NCBI GenBank assembly: GCA_951406725.2
Contig: OX597834.1
Coordinates: 39,494,001 to 39,558,000, forward strand
Length of the DNA: 64,000 nucleotides
Source: Octopus vulgaris
Lineage: Eukaryota
Direction of reading: 5' to 3'
Below are positions 1-14,119 of the stretch, one piece after another. The position numbers and the translations under genes are program-made. The first letter of the stretch is position 1. Each line of letters opens with the position of its first letter. Under the pieces are notes generated by a model. The model searched no databases. It saw only the letters and a program-made list of their open reading frames with translations, and was not told the origin of the DNA.

Positions 1-164
1 TGGATGTCTCATATTATTGCTATATTGATGTTGCGGTTTTGTTTATATAGACACACACACATACACATACACCACAACACAGACATAGACACACACACAT
101 TCACAAATTTATGCACACACGAAATTGCATATACATAATTATGAATGGACATGTATGCACATAC

Positions 165-166
<2 letters not shown>

Positions 167-223
<57 letters not shown>

Positions 224-459
224 TATACATACATATACCTATATATATATTGATGTATGTATGTATATATATATATATCTGTGTATATATATATGTAGAT
301 GTATATATATGTATATATATATATATGTGTGTATTTTTATGTATATATATATATATATATATCCGTTGTTCCATAACTGAAACAAAACAAAAGCTATTAT
401 ACACACACACTGAAACATAATTATATGTACGTATATATATATATATACGCATGTATGTT

Positions 460-504
<45 letters not shown>

Positions 505-846
505 ATATACATACATACATACATACATATATGCGTACATATATACATACATATATACATGCGTACATATGTACATACATACATATATGCATACATATAT
601 GCATACATACATACATACATACATTCATGCATACATACATACATACATACATACATACATACATACATACATACATACATACATACATACATACATACAT
701 ACATACATACATACATACATACATACATACATACATACATACATACATACATACATACATACACTCACACATACATACATATATACATGCATACATACAT
801 ACATACATACACACATACATACATACATACATTCATACATACATAC
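167..846. repeat. Compound microsatellite (TA)n/(TG)n/(CATA)n
   Basis: Directly visible; accounts for the YI/HT/MYVC ORFs. Confidence 0.95.
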
Positions 847-1361
847 AAGCATCGTCGCCACCGCAAACATCATCACCTGAATCACCATCACCACGATCGT
901 CAGCATCATTCCTGCACCACTGCCACCACAAACACAAACCTCATCACCACCATCGTCATCACCATCAAAGTTTCCATCATCAACGCCACCTTCACGACAA
1001 CCACCACCACCATCAACAACCATCATCAACAACAACAACAACAACCAAGTCGCATCAGAATGACTACGATTTATCAGACTCCCGCTCCACCTCTTCCTGT
1101 TTGGTAGTTTCAGGAATTCTGTCCCTTTGCTCGTTCAGACACTGAATGTTCATTAGCACTGTGTCGATTTTTGCTCTCATTACCGTTCTGGCTTCAATTA
1201 ACGAAAAAGGACGAGAATTATTTTCCTTCCATTTTCTCGGATATGTTCGCCTGGACTTAACTATAACATCTTCATGCAGAAGGTGCACCAGAGAAATTTC
1301 CCAATGTTATTATTACAACTTCCACAATTACTGCAAGAAATATATAAATAAACGTGATGGG

Positions 1362-1742
1362 TGATTGAGATGGTGGTGGAGGTGGTGGTGGTGGTGGCGG
1401 TGGTGGTGGTGGTGGTGGTGGTGGTGATGGTGGTGGTCATGGAGGTGGTAGTGGTGGTTGTGATGGTTACAGTGATGGTGATGGTGGTGGTGATGGTTAT
1501 GCTGTTGGTTATGGTGGTGGTAGAGGTGGTAGTGGGTGGTGGAGGTGGTGGTGGAGGTGGTGGTGGTGGTGGTGGTGGATGTATCAATGGTAGCGATGGT
1601 GATGATAATGGCGGCAAAGGTGGAGATTGTAGTGATGGTGGTGATGGTGGGGGAAGGTTTGCTAGTGACGATGATAGTGATGGTGAAGGTGATGGTGATG
1701 ATAGCGGTGATGGTGTTGGTGGTAGTGATAGTGATGGTGGTC
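1362..1742. repeat. (GGT)n/(GAT)n degenerate trinucleotide repeat
   Basis: Directly visible. Confidence 0.9.
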
Positions 1743-1854
1743 ATGTGCTGGGTGTGTTTTCTTCTAATGTTGAAATTATTTCGGTATTTGTTTTATGGTA
1801 TTAGTTCCCCTCCTTTTAACAGTGGACGAAAGCGTAGGGGCTATGCATACGCAT

Positions 1855-2390
<536 letters not shown>

Positions 2391-3406
2391 AATATATTTG
2401 TGTGTCTGTGTTTGTATGTTCCTATAAATGTGATGCGCATTTATGTATATTTGTATATATGTATATATATATGCGTGCATGTATGCACGTGCTTCTGTCT
2501 ATGTATGCGTGCACGTTCTACATGATCTAATATAATATATATTACATTAATTGCATTTCAATATTTTCGATGCTGCGTAGCCTAGAAATGGGCCGCAAAT
2601 ACGTGTTCATACGTTTAGGTTTCTTTATTGAAACAATGTTTTGATGAGAAAATGGAGAAAGGCAATGTGAATACAAAAATGTGGGGCACTTCCATTCATT
2701 TATACATACACACATACCTTCATACATACACACATATATATATATACATAGTGGCATAAGTACATATATACGCAAATATGTCCACTCGTACACAGATACA
2801 TGCATCCATGTATATACATGCATGCATGCATACACACATGCATACATTCGGGGAATTGTGTATGGAAACATGCATGTATACTTACCTACATGCATCAATG
2901 CATTTGAGCATACATGCATACGCATACATACATACGTACATAGATGCATATAATTATACACATATATATAGACATACATATACATACGCAGAGAGAGAGA
3001 GAGACAGAGCGATATACATACATGCATGCATGTATCTATACATACGCATACATACATACGTACGATCATACATACATACAATCATACATGCATACATATA
3101 CACACACATACATATATACATAATACATACATATATACATGCAAACATACATACATACTTACAAGAATACATACATGGAAACATACACACAAGAATGCAT
3201 CTATACATGCATTCAGGCATACATTCGTACATATATATATATATACGTACACAGGTATACCAAAAATTCATATATACACATATGTATACAAGTTTTATGT
3301 GTGTGTTTAGAGAGAAACTGTGAGAATACGTACGTACTCTGTCACTCTCTCTGTCTCTCTCTCTGTCTCTCTCTGTCTCTGTCTGTCTCTCTCTCTCACA
3401 CACACA

Positions 3407-3442
<36 letters not shown>

Positions 3443-3746
3443 AACTAACAAACAAACAAACAAATACGCGCACGTACATAAACCATGAAATAATGTCTTG
3501 CATTTGTTCTGTTTCGATGCTCGACAATCGTTAATCCTTCGCCAGTGTCTGATTGTTTAGAAGTTTATATACACAACGCACTTGTCTGTTATACATTTGT
3601 TTAGTTTTTATACACACACACACACACACATACACACATACACAAACACACACGCACATGTATATACAAATATATGTGAGTGCGCATGTGTGTGAGTGTC
3701 TGTGCATTCATATATGCACGTTTCCACATTTTCATTGATCTAAGTG

Positions 3747-3861
<115 letters not shown>

Positions 3862-4128
3862 ATATATGTTTATTTGTATGAATATGAATATATGTATGTA
3901 TGTATGAATATATACCTATGTATATATATATGTATGCATGTATGCATATATGAATACGTACGTATGTATGTGTGTATATATGTATGTATGTGTCCATTTA
4001 TATTTTTATTTGAATTTATTTCCAACCGTTTGTTATATTCTTGTATTGATGGATACTTTTAATATAATTTCCCCCAACATGTATATTCTTCATCTCTCCT
4101 CCCTCTTCACCGTACATACACACACACA

Positions 4129-4174
<46 letters not shown>

Positions 4175-4463
4175 TACATACACACATACGTACATACATA
4201 TCCATCTAATGTCTGCGTGCGTGCATGTGTCTATACACCGTTATGTATATATATTTATGTATATATATATATCTATATATTATATATATATTTTTTTTTC
4301 TTAATAATTATTTCAGCATTTATTTAATTATTTATTTACTTTTCATTAAATTGGTCATCCTTTTTAGATTATTAAATTTGTTTCTGTTTATTTTCTTTAT
4401 TTAACGATCTTGTTATTCTTGTTTATCTCGTCATTTCTTTTCATTATTCGTCATTTTTCCTTC

Positions 4464-4496
<33 letters not shown>

Positions 4497-4766
4497 TATG
4501 TTCGTGTTTTCTTGTTTTGTTTTTTTTTGGTTTCGCGTCGTTTTAGACAGAAAGAATGTGTCTTTCAAATCCATGACGCCGTCTTCTCGAAGTACCCCCA
4601 CCCGTCACCCCACACATACACACATACACACACACACACGCGTGTGCGCACGCGTTCAAATAAACACACACATGCACACACTAACGTACAAGCACAGACA
4701 AAAATGTATGCATACGCATATACACACATTTACAAAGACACGTAAACCCGCTTTCACAAAACAAGC

Positions 4767-4807
<41 letters not shown>

Positions 4808-4938
4808 TACACATACATACAGATGTATACTTATGCACAAGCACGTAAAACCTAATTCCACTATATGCGCACGCACACACACACATCACACTTTCACACA
4901 CACAAAACACACAAACAAACACACACACATATTCTTGT

Positions 4939-5011
<73 letters not shown>

Positions 5012-5629
5012 AACACGTAAAAACCTACTTTCACTTTCATTTTCCTCCCGCCCTTTTTCTTTCTTTTTCATTCTTTTCTTTGTTTTTTTTGTTTTTTTTT
5101 TTTTTTGTCTTTGATTTCTTGTTTCTTTTTCGTTTTGTCTCTTTCTCGCTTGCTTTGTGGTTTTTCTTTTATATCGTCAGCTCCGACACCTCCCTCTTCA
5201 CGCCGACCCTCCTCTCACGCCAACTCCGCCACCATCATTACCTCTCCCTCTTCCCATCGCGCACTAACGCCACTAAACCGCCGCCAACGCCACCATCATC
5301 CATGAAAAAACAGCAACAACAACAGCAGCAACAACACAAAAAAACATCAAAAAACATCAGTGAAACTCTACTGTTTTCATATCGAAAAAAATTATTATTA
5401 ATAATAATAATAATAATAATTTGCAAACACAAGCTGATATCACCATCACCACCGGCGGCATCACCGCCCACCACCAACAACAACGACAGTGAGGCGGAGT
5501 CTCTGTACATAGAGACTTACTAGAAATAGCAAGTATTTCACCCTCAAATGACACCCCAAACACGTAATTGAAAGGACACATTTTTAATATAAAGGTTGTC
5601 CCAGATACACTGACACAACGAACACAATG

Positions 5630-5694
5630 GCGACGATGCTGATGACGACGACGACGATGATGATGATGACGATGATGATGGTGGTGGTGATGAA

Positions 5695-5726
<32 letters not shown>

Positions 5727-5751
5727 CGATGATGATGGTGGTGGTGATGAA

Positions 5752-5801
<50 letters not shown>

Positions 5802-5837
5802 CGACGACGACGATGATGATGATGATGATGATGATGC

Positions 5838-5872
<35 letters not shown>

Positions 5873-5930
5873 GTGACGGTGATGACGGTAATAATAAATA
5901 ACGACAACAACAACATCAACAACAACAATG
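5630..5930. repeat. (GAT)n/(GAC)n trinucleotide array
   Basis: Directly visible; source of the poly-M/poly-I ORFs. Confidence 0.95.
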
Positions 5931-6469
5931 AAGGCGGGGTGGTTCCGACTGGAATGTCTTTTAGTCTGGCAGAATTATTTTTTTTTATAACAATAACAAG
6001 TTGAAAAAAAGAAAAAAAAACAGGGAGACATTAGAAACAACAGCCACAACAACAACAACAACAATCACCACCATCATCATCATCATCATCATCATCATCT
6101 TCAACAACAACAACAACCGCTTTCGTAACCAACAGCCTCACCATCACCACCACCGCCACCATCATCATCATCCTAAACCATCGCTGTCACCATCGTCTTC
6201 GTGTTCATTATAAACAGCCACCACCACCACCAGCGCCGCCACCGTAACCATCATCATCATCATCATCATCATCATTAGTAACAACAACAACTCTACCCAG
6301 ACATAAGCTCCGCCCAGTTTTTGCCAAACAGTCCTGACATTGGCAATAATAAACAAACGTTGCCATTGGTCCCCGGCGTCAGGCGACACAAAACGACAAA
6401 CAGACTTTCTCTCCCCTTTATGCCTTTTTTGCCTCGCAGCCTCCACAGCCTCGATACTCAAGCCTAACA

Positions 6470-6935
6470 TCACCCAGATTTCATTCTTTCTTTCGCCCAG
6501 ATCTTATTCCTTCCTTCACCCACTCCGCTTTCTTTCCTGCAGCTGGGCCTTATTCCTTCCTTCACCCAAGTCTGATTCATTCCTTCATCAAGGCCTCATT
6601 CATTCCTTCATCTACGCCTAATTCTTTCCTTCGTGTAGTCTCCATTCTTTCCTTCCCCCAGGACTCATTCTTTCCTTCACCTTGGCCTTATTCATTCTAC
6701 CACCTAGTCTTCATTCTTTCCTTCACTCGAGTCTCACCTTTCCTTCACCGAGACCTTATTCTTTCCTTCATCTACGCCTAATTCCCTCTTTCATTTAGTC
6801 TTAATTCTTTCCTTCCCCCAAGGATCTTTCTTTCCTTTTCCTAGGCCTCCTTCTTTCCATCACCCACATCTAATTCTTTCCTTCAGTCAATCTTCATTCG
6901 TTCTCCTTCACCCAAGTATCATTTGTTTCTTTCTT
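6470..6935. repeat. Degenerate pyrimidine-rich minisatellite, unit ~25 bp (ttcattctttccttcacccaagtc-like)
   Basis: Recurring attctttccttc core at roughly regular spacing. Confidence 0.75.
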
Positions 6936-7570
6936 CAGGGATCGATGAAATAAAGACCCACTCAAGTACAGGGTTCGATTGACCAATCACCTGCTCCTAG
7001 GTTTGTTAGCCTTCTGCCAAAATTGAAACAGTTTCTTTCTTTCTTTTTTCTTTCCTCTTATCTTTTCTTCTCTATGACTGTCTGCTTGTCTGTCAGCTTG
7101 TTTTTAGGTTTACTTCTTCTCTGTCCTCTCGTGTGTTTCCTTTTATTAAGAGTAAAAGAGTCACACATACATACATACATACATACATACATACATGCAT
7201 ACATACATACATACATACATACATACATACATACATACAAACATACATGCATACGTACATGATGGCTGCCCCCTCGTTATCGAGTATGACCATTGCACGA
7301 AGCTTAACTCTTATTGGTGTTGTGATCGAATGTGACTTTTTAGCCCAGTCAAAGATCTACAATGTCTTGTACAGAATTGGCAACTAAAACCTTTACTGGT
7401 AATAGCCGGCTGTAGTTGTAACTGTCGAATTACACTCTCTTCCACATGCCTGACAGATATGATTAGTATGGTGAGTAACACCACCACCAGTACATACATT
7501 CATACATACATACATACATACATACATACATACATACATACATACATACATACATACATACATACATACA

Positions 7571-7603
<33 letters not shown>

Positions 7604-7604
7604 G

Positions 7605-7915
7605 TAACAATCTTGAGAAAATAGGATTCTCAAAATCAGAAAGGAGAAAGCTGATTCGAAAACTACCGATCCAATCCATCAATGGAACTGTAAAAATCTG
7701 TAAAATTTACCAGAGATTTATCATTTAAATATATATGAGCATGTCTAGATATGCAAATATATGCATGAGAATACATACATAAAGTATAACATACAAATCT
7801 GCACATATACATACGTACATACATACATACATACATACATACATACATACATACATACATACATACATACATACATACATACATACATACATACAAGCAT
7901 GCATACATACATACA
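7605..7915 (+). mobile_element. 3' end of an RLE-type non-LTR retrotransposon (ORF C-terminus plus 3'UTR running into (CATA)n)
   Basis: Translates NLEKIGFSKSERRKLIRKLPIQSINGTVKICKIYQRFII*; homologous minus-strand copies at 8173-8848 and 60630-61070. Confidence 0.7.
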
Positions 7916-7924
7916 TAACTGGTA

Positions 7925-8157
7925 CAAAGGAAAAGCCTGCTCGTGGAATTAGCGTGCAAGTGGCTGAGTACTTCACAGACACGCGTACCCTTAACGTAAT
8001 TTCCAGGGAGATTCAGCCTGACACAGAAGTACGACTCATTTTTGCCAGTGGACTGGAGCAACGAGAAAGAAAACGTCTTGCTCAAGGAGACAGCACTCCG
8101 CCTGCAATTGAACTCACGACTTTACGATCGTAAACCGAATACCTTAACTACTAAGCA
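7925..8157 (-). mobile_element. tRNA-derived SINE family C
   Basis: Reverse complement of the 14120-14425 and 55512-55830 elements. Confidence 0.75.
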
Positions 8158-8172
8158 CTGTGTATATATTTT

Positions 8173-8294
8173 GTCATTATTCAGTTTATTTCAAAATTTC
8201 TTGCAATAGAGAAAGAACCGATTTCTAACCTCGATCCAACCTTAGATTCCTTCATTGGAATTTCAACATCAACAACAGGGTATTTTTGTTTGTG

Positions 8295-8326
<32 letters not shown>

Positions 8327-8599
8327 TGTATGTATGTATGTATGTATGTATGTATATATGTTTGTATGTATGTATGTATGTATGTATGTATGCATGTATG
8401 TATGCATGCATGTATGCATGCATGCATGTGCGTATTATGTATGTACGCATGTATGTACGCACATACGTATATATGTACACATGTATGTATGTACGTATTT
8501 ACGAATTTATGTACGCATGTATGTACATATGTATGTACGTATATACGCATGTATGCATGTACGGATATACGAATGTATGTATGTACGTATGTACGAATG

Positions 8600-8633
<34 letters not shown>

Positions 8634-8848
8634 TGTATGTATGTATGTATGTATGTATGTATGTATGTACGCTTGTACGGATGTATGCATGAATGTATGC
8701 ATGTACGCATGTATGTATAAGTGCAAATTTGTCTGTTTTACTTTATGTATGTATTCTCATGCATATATTTACATATCTAGACATGCTCATATACATTTAA
8801 ATGATAAACTTCTGGAAAGTTTTACAGATTTTTACAGTTCCAGTGATT
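8173..8848 (-). mobile_element. 5'-truncated RLE-LINE 3' end with expanded internal (CATA)n
   Basis: 8717-8848 is the reverse complement of ~7680-7808; 8173-8290 matches 60630-60745. Confidence 0.75.
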
Positions 8849-8902
8849 AAAGCTGATTAAAGAAAATGGATCTGATTAAAGCTACAAAAACATCACAAAA
8901 AC

Positions 8903-8942
8903 TCTGTTACTCAGAGTTTCACCTTTCCGTTCATCGGACAGA
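8903..8942 (-). ncRNA. Minimal type-I hammerhead ribozyme motif (U4C variant)
   Basis: Minus strand: UCUGU-CCGAUGA-ACGGAAAGGU-GAAA-CUCUGAG-UA-ACAGA; 5-bp stem I, weak stem II, near-palindromic stem III, GUA site. Confidence 0.6.
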
Positions 8943-9662
8943 TGTGTTCAAGAGTCTTGAAGGCCATACTGAGGTGCCGTCTTGTGGGGTTTAATCATGC
9001 ATATCAACCGCACATATCAATCGGCCTTTTTTCTCGAATCGCTAAGTTACGGATACGCAAACAAAACAAACAAAAACACATACATACATACATACATACA
9101 TACGAACAAAGACACATGCACACACATATATATATACCTACCATCGGTAGGTGCTTTCTACAAGGGGCCCGGAGCCTGTTCTAGACATTTGGTTCAGGAA
9201 ACAGTGTGGAAGCCTTTCGTGTATGTGTAAGTCTGTGTGTGTATGTGTGCGTATTTGTGTATGTGTGTGTGTGCGTCTTTATGCTTGGATTTGTGCCCCC
9301 ACTAGTGGTAGGTTTGCTTTACGTCCCTATAACTTAGCGGTTCAGCGGAAGCGACAGTATAAGCACCAGACTTCAGTTTGATTAACGAAATCCTCAGAAG
9401 GTAATGCCCCAGCATGGCCGCAGTCTTATGACTGAAAAAAAATGTAAAAGGATACCAAAATAAAAGGAATTTCGTAGGCGAAGATTGGCCCCGCCCACAG
9501 CAGCCATCACGTATATATATATATATGTATGTGTGTTTGTGTGTGTGTGTTTGCGCGCGTGCGTGTATGTGCGCGTGCGGGTGGATGTGTATATGTGTAT
9601 GGGTGTGCGTGTATCGTTTTGAGTGTATGTCTTATGTGTAAATGAGGGTGAATATATATATA

Positions 9663-9785
9663 TCGAAATTGCGAGGATTATCAGGTTCTTGACTGAAGAT
9701 TGATGGCTTCGAATGTCCAGTCCGTGTTTTTTTTTTTGTATCGTCTTCTAAATGTTTTGCGTTCTTGTCTCAGTTTGTATTTTTT

Positions 9786-9788
<3 letters not shown>
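9663..9788 (+). mobile_element. Short repeat ending in microsatellite (possibly a Penelope-like terminal remnant), copy 1
   Basis: Inverted copy at 11720-11840; more diverged, longer relative at 24640-25000. Confidence 0.65.
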
Positions 9789-9831
<43 letters not shown>

Positions 9832-10376
9832 CACTATATGTGTGTGCATGTGTGTGTGTGTGTGTGCGTGTGTATACATACATACATACATACATAGATA
9901 CATACATGCAGACATGCATACATACATACATACATGCATACATACATTCATACATACATACATACATACATTCATACATACATACATACATACATACATA
10001 CATACATACATACATACATACATACATACATACATACATACATACATGCATACATACATACATACATACATACATGCATACATACATACATGCATACATA
10101 CATACATACATACATACATACATACATACATACATACATACATACATACATACATACATACATACATACATACATACATACATACATACATACATTCATA
10201 CATACATACATACATACATACATACATACATACATACATACATACATACATACATACATACATACATACATACATACATACATACATACATACATACATA
10301 CATACATACATACATGCATACATACATACATGCATACATATATACATACATACATACATACATACATACATTCATT

Positions 10377-10408
<32 letters not shown>

Positions 10409-10774
10409 CATGCATACATACATACATACATACATACATTCATATATACATACATACATACATACATACATACATACATACATACATACATACATACATA
10501 CATACATACATACATACATACATACATACATACATACATACATACATACATACATACATACATACATACATACATACATACATACATACATACATACATA
10601 CATACATACATACATACATACATACATACATACATACATACATACATACATACATACATACATACATACATACATACATACATGCATACATACATACATT
10701 CATACATACATACATACATACATTCATACATACATACATGCAGACATGCATACATATATACATACATACATACA

Positions 10775-10808
<34 letters not shown>

Positions 10809-10866
10809 CATGCATACATACATACATACATACATACATACATACATACATACATACATACATACA

Positions 10867-10900
<34 letters not shown>

Positions 10901-11391
10901 CATACATACATACATAATACATACATACATGCTTTCATGCATACATACATACATACATACATAATACATACATACATACATACATACATACATACATACA
11001 TACATACATACATACATACATACATACATGCATGCATACATACATACATACATACATACATACATGCATGCATGCATACATACATACATACATACATACA
11101 TACATAATGCATGCATGCATACATACATGCGTGCATGCATACATACATACATACATACATGCATGCATACATACATACATAATGCATGCATGCATACATA
11201 CATGCATGCATGCATACATACATACATACATACATGCATGCATACATACATACATACATACATACATACATGCATATATACATACATACATACATACATA
11301 TATACATACATACATACATACATACATACATACATAATACATACATACATACATACATATATCCATACATATGCACATGTTTATGTATATA

Positions 11392-11424
<33 letters not shown>

Positions 11425-11440
11425 ATATGTATGTATAGTA
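9788..11440. repeat. ~1.6 kb (CATA)n array with CATG/CATT variant units
   Basis: Directly visible. Confidence 0.97.
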
Positions 11441-11719
11441 ATTGTGTATGTTGTGTGTGTGTGTGCGTGCCTCTGTGTGTATGTGTGTGTCTGTAATGTA
11501 CACCAATATACTTCGAAATGTTTGCATGTTCCAGTGTGTGTATATTATCTATCCTGCGTGTATAAGAGTATCACAGATTGTGTATATAACTATATACTGT
11601 ATGTGAGAGTGCATTTGTGCGTATGTATTTCTACACAAATGCGCGAATGTATTCGAATATATCTGTAAACGTGTGTGTGCGCATACATTCATATATGTAT
11701 ACATATATATATATTATAT

Positions 11720-11840
11720 GTAGAAAAATACAAACTGGGACAGGAACGTAAAACATTTAGAAGACGATACAAAAAATACGGACGGGACATTCGAAGCCTT
11801 CAATCTTCAGTCAAGAACCGGATCATCCTATCAATTTCGA
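11720..11840 (-). mobile_element. Short repeat, copy 2 (inverted relative to 9663-9788)
   Basis: Reverse complement aligns along its length with 9663-9788. Confidence 0.7.
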
Positions 11841-11872
11841 CTGGAGAGAGAGTGAGAAGGAGAGAGATAAAT

Positions 11873-11922
<50 letters not shown>

Positions 11923-12339
11923 AACATAGTATGTGTGTGTAAGAGAGAAAGAGAGAGTGAGGCTCTATATGTTTATATGTGTGTGTACGTGTGCGTGTTT
12001 GTATATAACTGTGTCTGAATGCATGCCATGGCGTGCGTGCGTGCGTGTGTGTGTACGCGTGTGCGTGTGTGTGTATGTGTCGTAGTGATCGCTCTTTCTT
12101 ATTGGACGGTATGAATGCGTCTGTGAGGAATTGGTTGGCCGACCGAGTGTCTGTGTGAGGAGCCGACCGTCGTCAGTTGGCAGACGACACCAATGGCTGA
12201 CGGAAGGAGAGAGAGAGAGAGGCGCAGAGTGATATAGGAGGGAGGGGTGCAAACACGACAGCCATCTTACATACGCGCGCACACAAACACATATACGCAT
12301 ACACACGCTAGCACACATATATATATATATATATATATA

Positions 12340-12560
12340 TTCTTTTATTCTTTTACTTGTTTCAGTCATTTGACTGCGGCCATGCTGGAGCACCGCCTTT
12401 AGTCAAACAAATCGACCCCGAGGACTTATTCTATTAGTAGTACTTATTCTATTGGTCGTTTTTTGCCGACCGCTAAGTTATAGGACGTAAACGCACCAAC
12501 ATCGGTTGTCAAGCAATGGCGAGGGTGCAAACTCAGACATACACACACATACACACACAT
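12340..12560 (-). mobile_element. SINE family B, 3' half
   Basis: cttgtttcagtcatttgactgcggccatgctggagcaccgcc tail shared with many copies. Confidence 0.85.
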
Positions 12561-12590
12561 ACACACACACACACACACACACAAATATGC

Positions 12591-12624
<34 letters not shown>

Positions 12625-12639
12625 ATAGATATATATATA

Positions 12640-13044
12640 GCCCACAAGGGGCTAAACACTGAGAGGACAAACAAGAACAGAAAAACGGATTAAGTCGATT
12701 ACATCTACCCCAGTGCGTAATTGGTACTTAATTTATCGACCCCGAAAGGATGAAAGGCAAAGTCGACCTCGGCGGAATTTGAACTCAGAACCTAGTGGCA
12801 GACGAAATACCTATTTCTTTATTACCCACAAGGGGCTAAACACAGAGGGGACAAACAAGGACAGACATAGGTATTAAGTCGATTACATCGACCCCAGTGC
12901 GTAACTGGTACTTAATTTATCGACCCCGAAAGGATGAAAGGCAAAGTCGACCTCGACGGAATTTGAACTCAGAACATAGCGGCAGACGAAATACCGCTAA
13001 GCATTTCGCCCGGCGCGCTAACGTGTCTGCCAGCTCGCCGCCTT
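12640..13044 (-). mobile_element. SINE family A, head plus two tandem body units
   Basis: Head aaggcggcgagctggcaga; core gtcgactttgcctttcatcctttcggggtcgataaa occurs twice. Confidence 0.9.
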
Positions 13045-13439
13045 AAAAAAAGGATATACATAGTATACAAAATATGTGACCATATCTATGGTACAGTCAC
13101 CCGATACAAGAGAACGTCCAACTAAGGGCCAATGAAGAGACCCTACAGATCCAGAATCACCATGAACCTCAAGGGCGCAAACCCTCCTCCAACTTCTGTT
13201 CTCCAATCTACAGACGCATGCTTAGAGTAGGTCCATTCCTCCAAACTATTTTTGCCATAGTCACTCAATTATTGACAAATTCAATGAGAGAGAGGGGGAG
13301 GAAGGAAGAGAGGACATCCGTCAACACCCTCACTTACCTTTCCAAGTGGAACTTAGAAAAGTCAGTTGAGGGCTTGAGCGAAGTGGTAGGTGTGTAAAAA
13401 CAACGGTTTCTGATTTAGACCACAGAGTCAATAGTTTCG

Positions 13440-13788
13440 AGAGGAGGGGTATTAGTCGATTTCATTGATCCCCAGTATTTCACTGGTACTTTATTTTATG
13501 CCCCACCGGGATGTAGGGGTGGGAGATGACCGGCAGAGTTGACCTCAGGGAAATTTAACTCAGAACGTAAAGAACCGGATGAAATACCTATTTCTTTACT
13601 GCCCACAAGGGGCTAAACATAGAGGGGACAAATAAGGACAGACAAACGGATTAAGTCGATTATATCGGCCCCGAAAGGATGAAAGGCAAAGTCGACCTCA
13701 GCGGAATTTGAACTCAGAACGTAAAGACAGACGAAATACCGCTAATTATTTCGCCCGGCGTGCTAACGTTTCTGCCAGCTCGCCGCCT
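13440..13788 (-). mobile_element. SINE family A, dimeric
   Basis: Same head and core; unit junction aatacctatttc at ~13584. Confidence 0.85.
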
Positions 13789-14119
13789 TACCCCGGATCA
13801 AATACCAGATCAAATACCGTAAAGCATTTTGACCGAGGTTCTAATACAAAATTTCTCATTTGAGCATAAACTTCATCGAAGTATGTTTCATCAAGCCTGA
13901 AAAAAGGATAAAAGTCAAAGGTAACCTCGGCGAGATTTGAACCCAGGAAGTAGAAGCATTGATCAAATTTGCGACGCACTTAGTCCGACGCTCCAACGAC
14001 TTTTCTTACGTAGACACAAAACCAGAAATTTAAGGGTAGCAGATTTACTTCAGCAGGATTTGAACTCGGACGTAAAGAGCCATAACTAAACACTATAAAG
14101 CAGCGTTCTGATGAATCTG

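Noticed and set aside
5080-5523. Poly-Q/H/P ORF resembling a transcription factor
   Set aside because: No recognisable domain; the poly-F and poly-I runs come from simple repeats.
9748-11438. Long ORFs up to 451 aa (HTYI/MYVC repeats) and similar ORFs across the window
   Set aside because: (CATA)n, (TA)n and (CA)n contain no stop codons, so these are artefacts.
13060-13410. Possible L1/Tx1-like LINE 3' remnant on the minus strand
   Set aside because: Only a vague translation resemblance; not supportable without a search.
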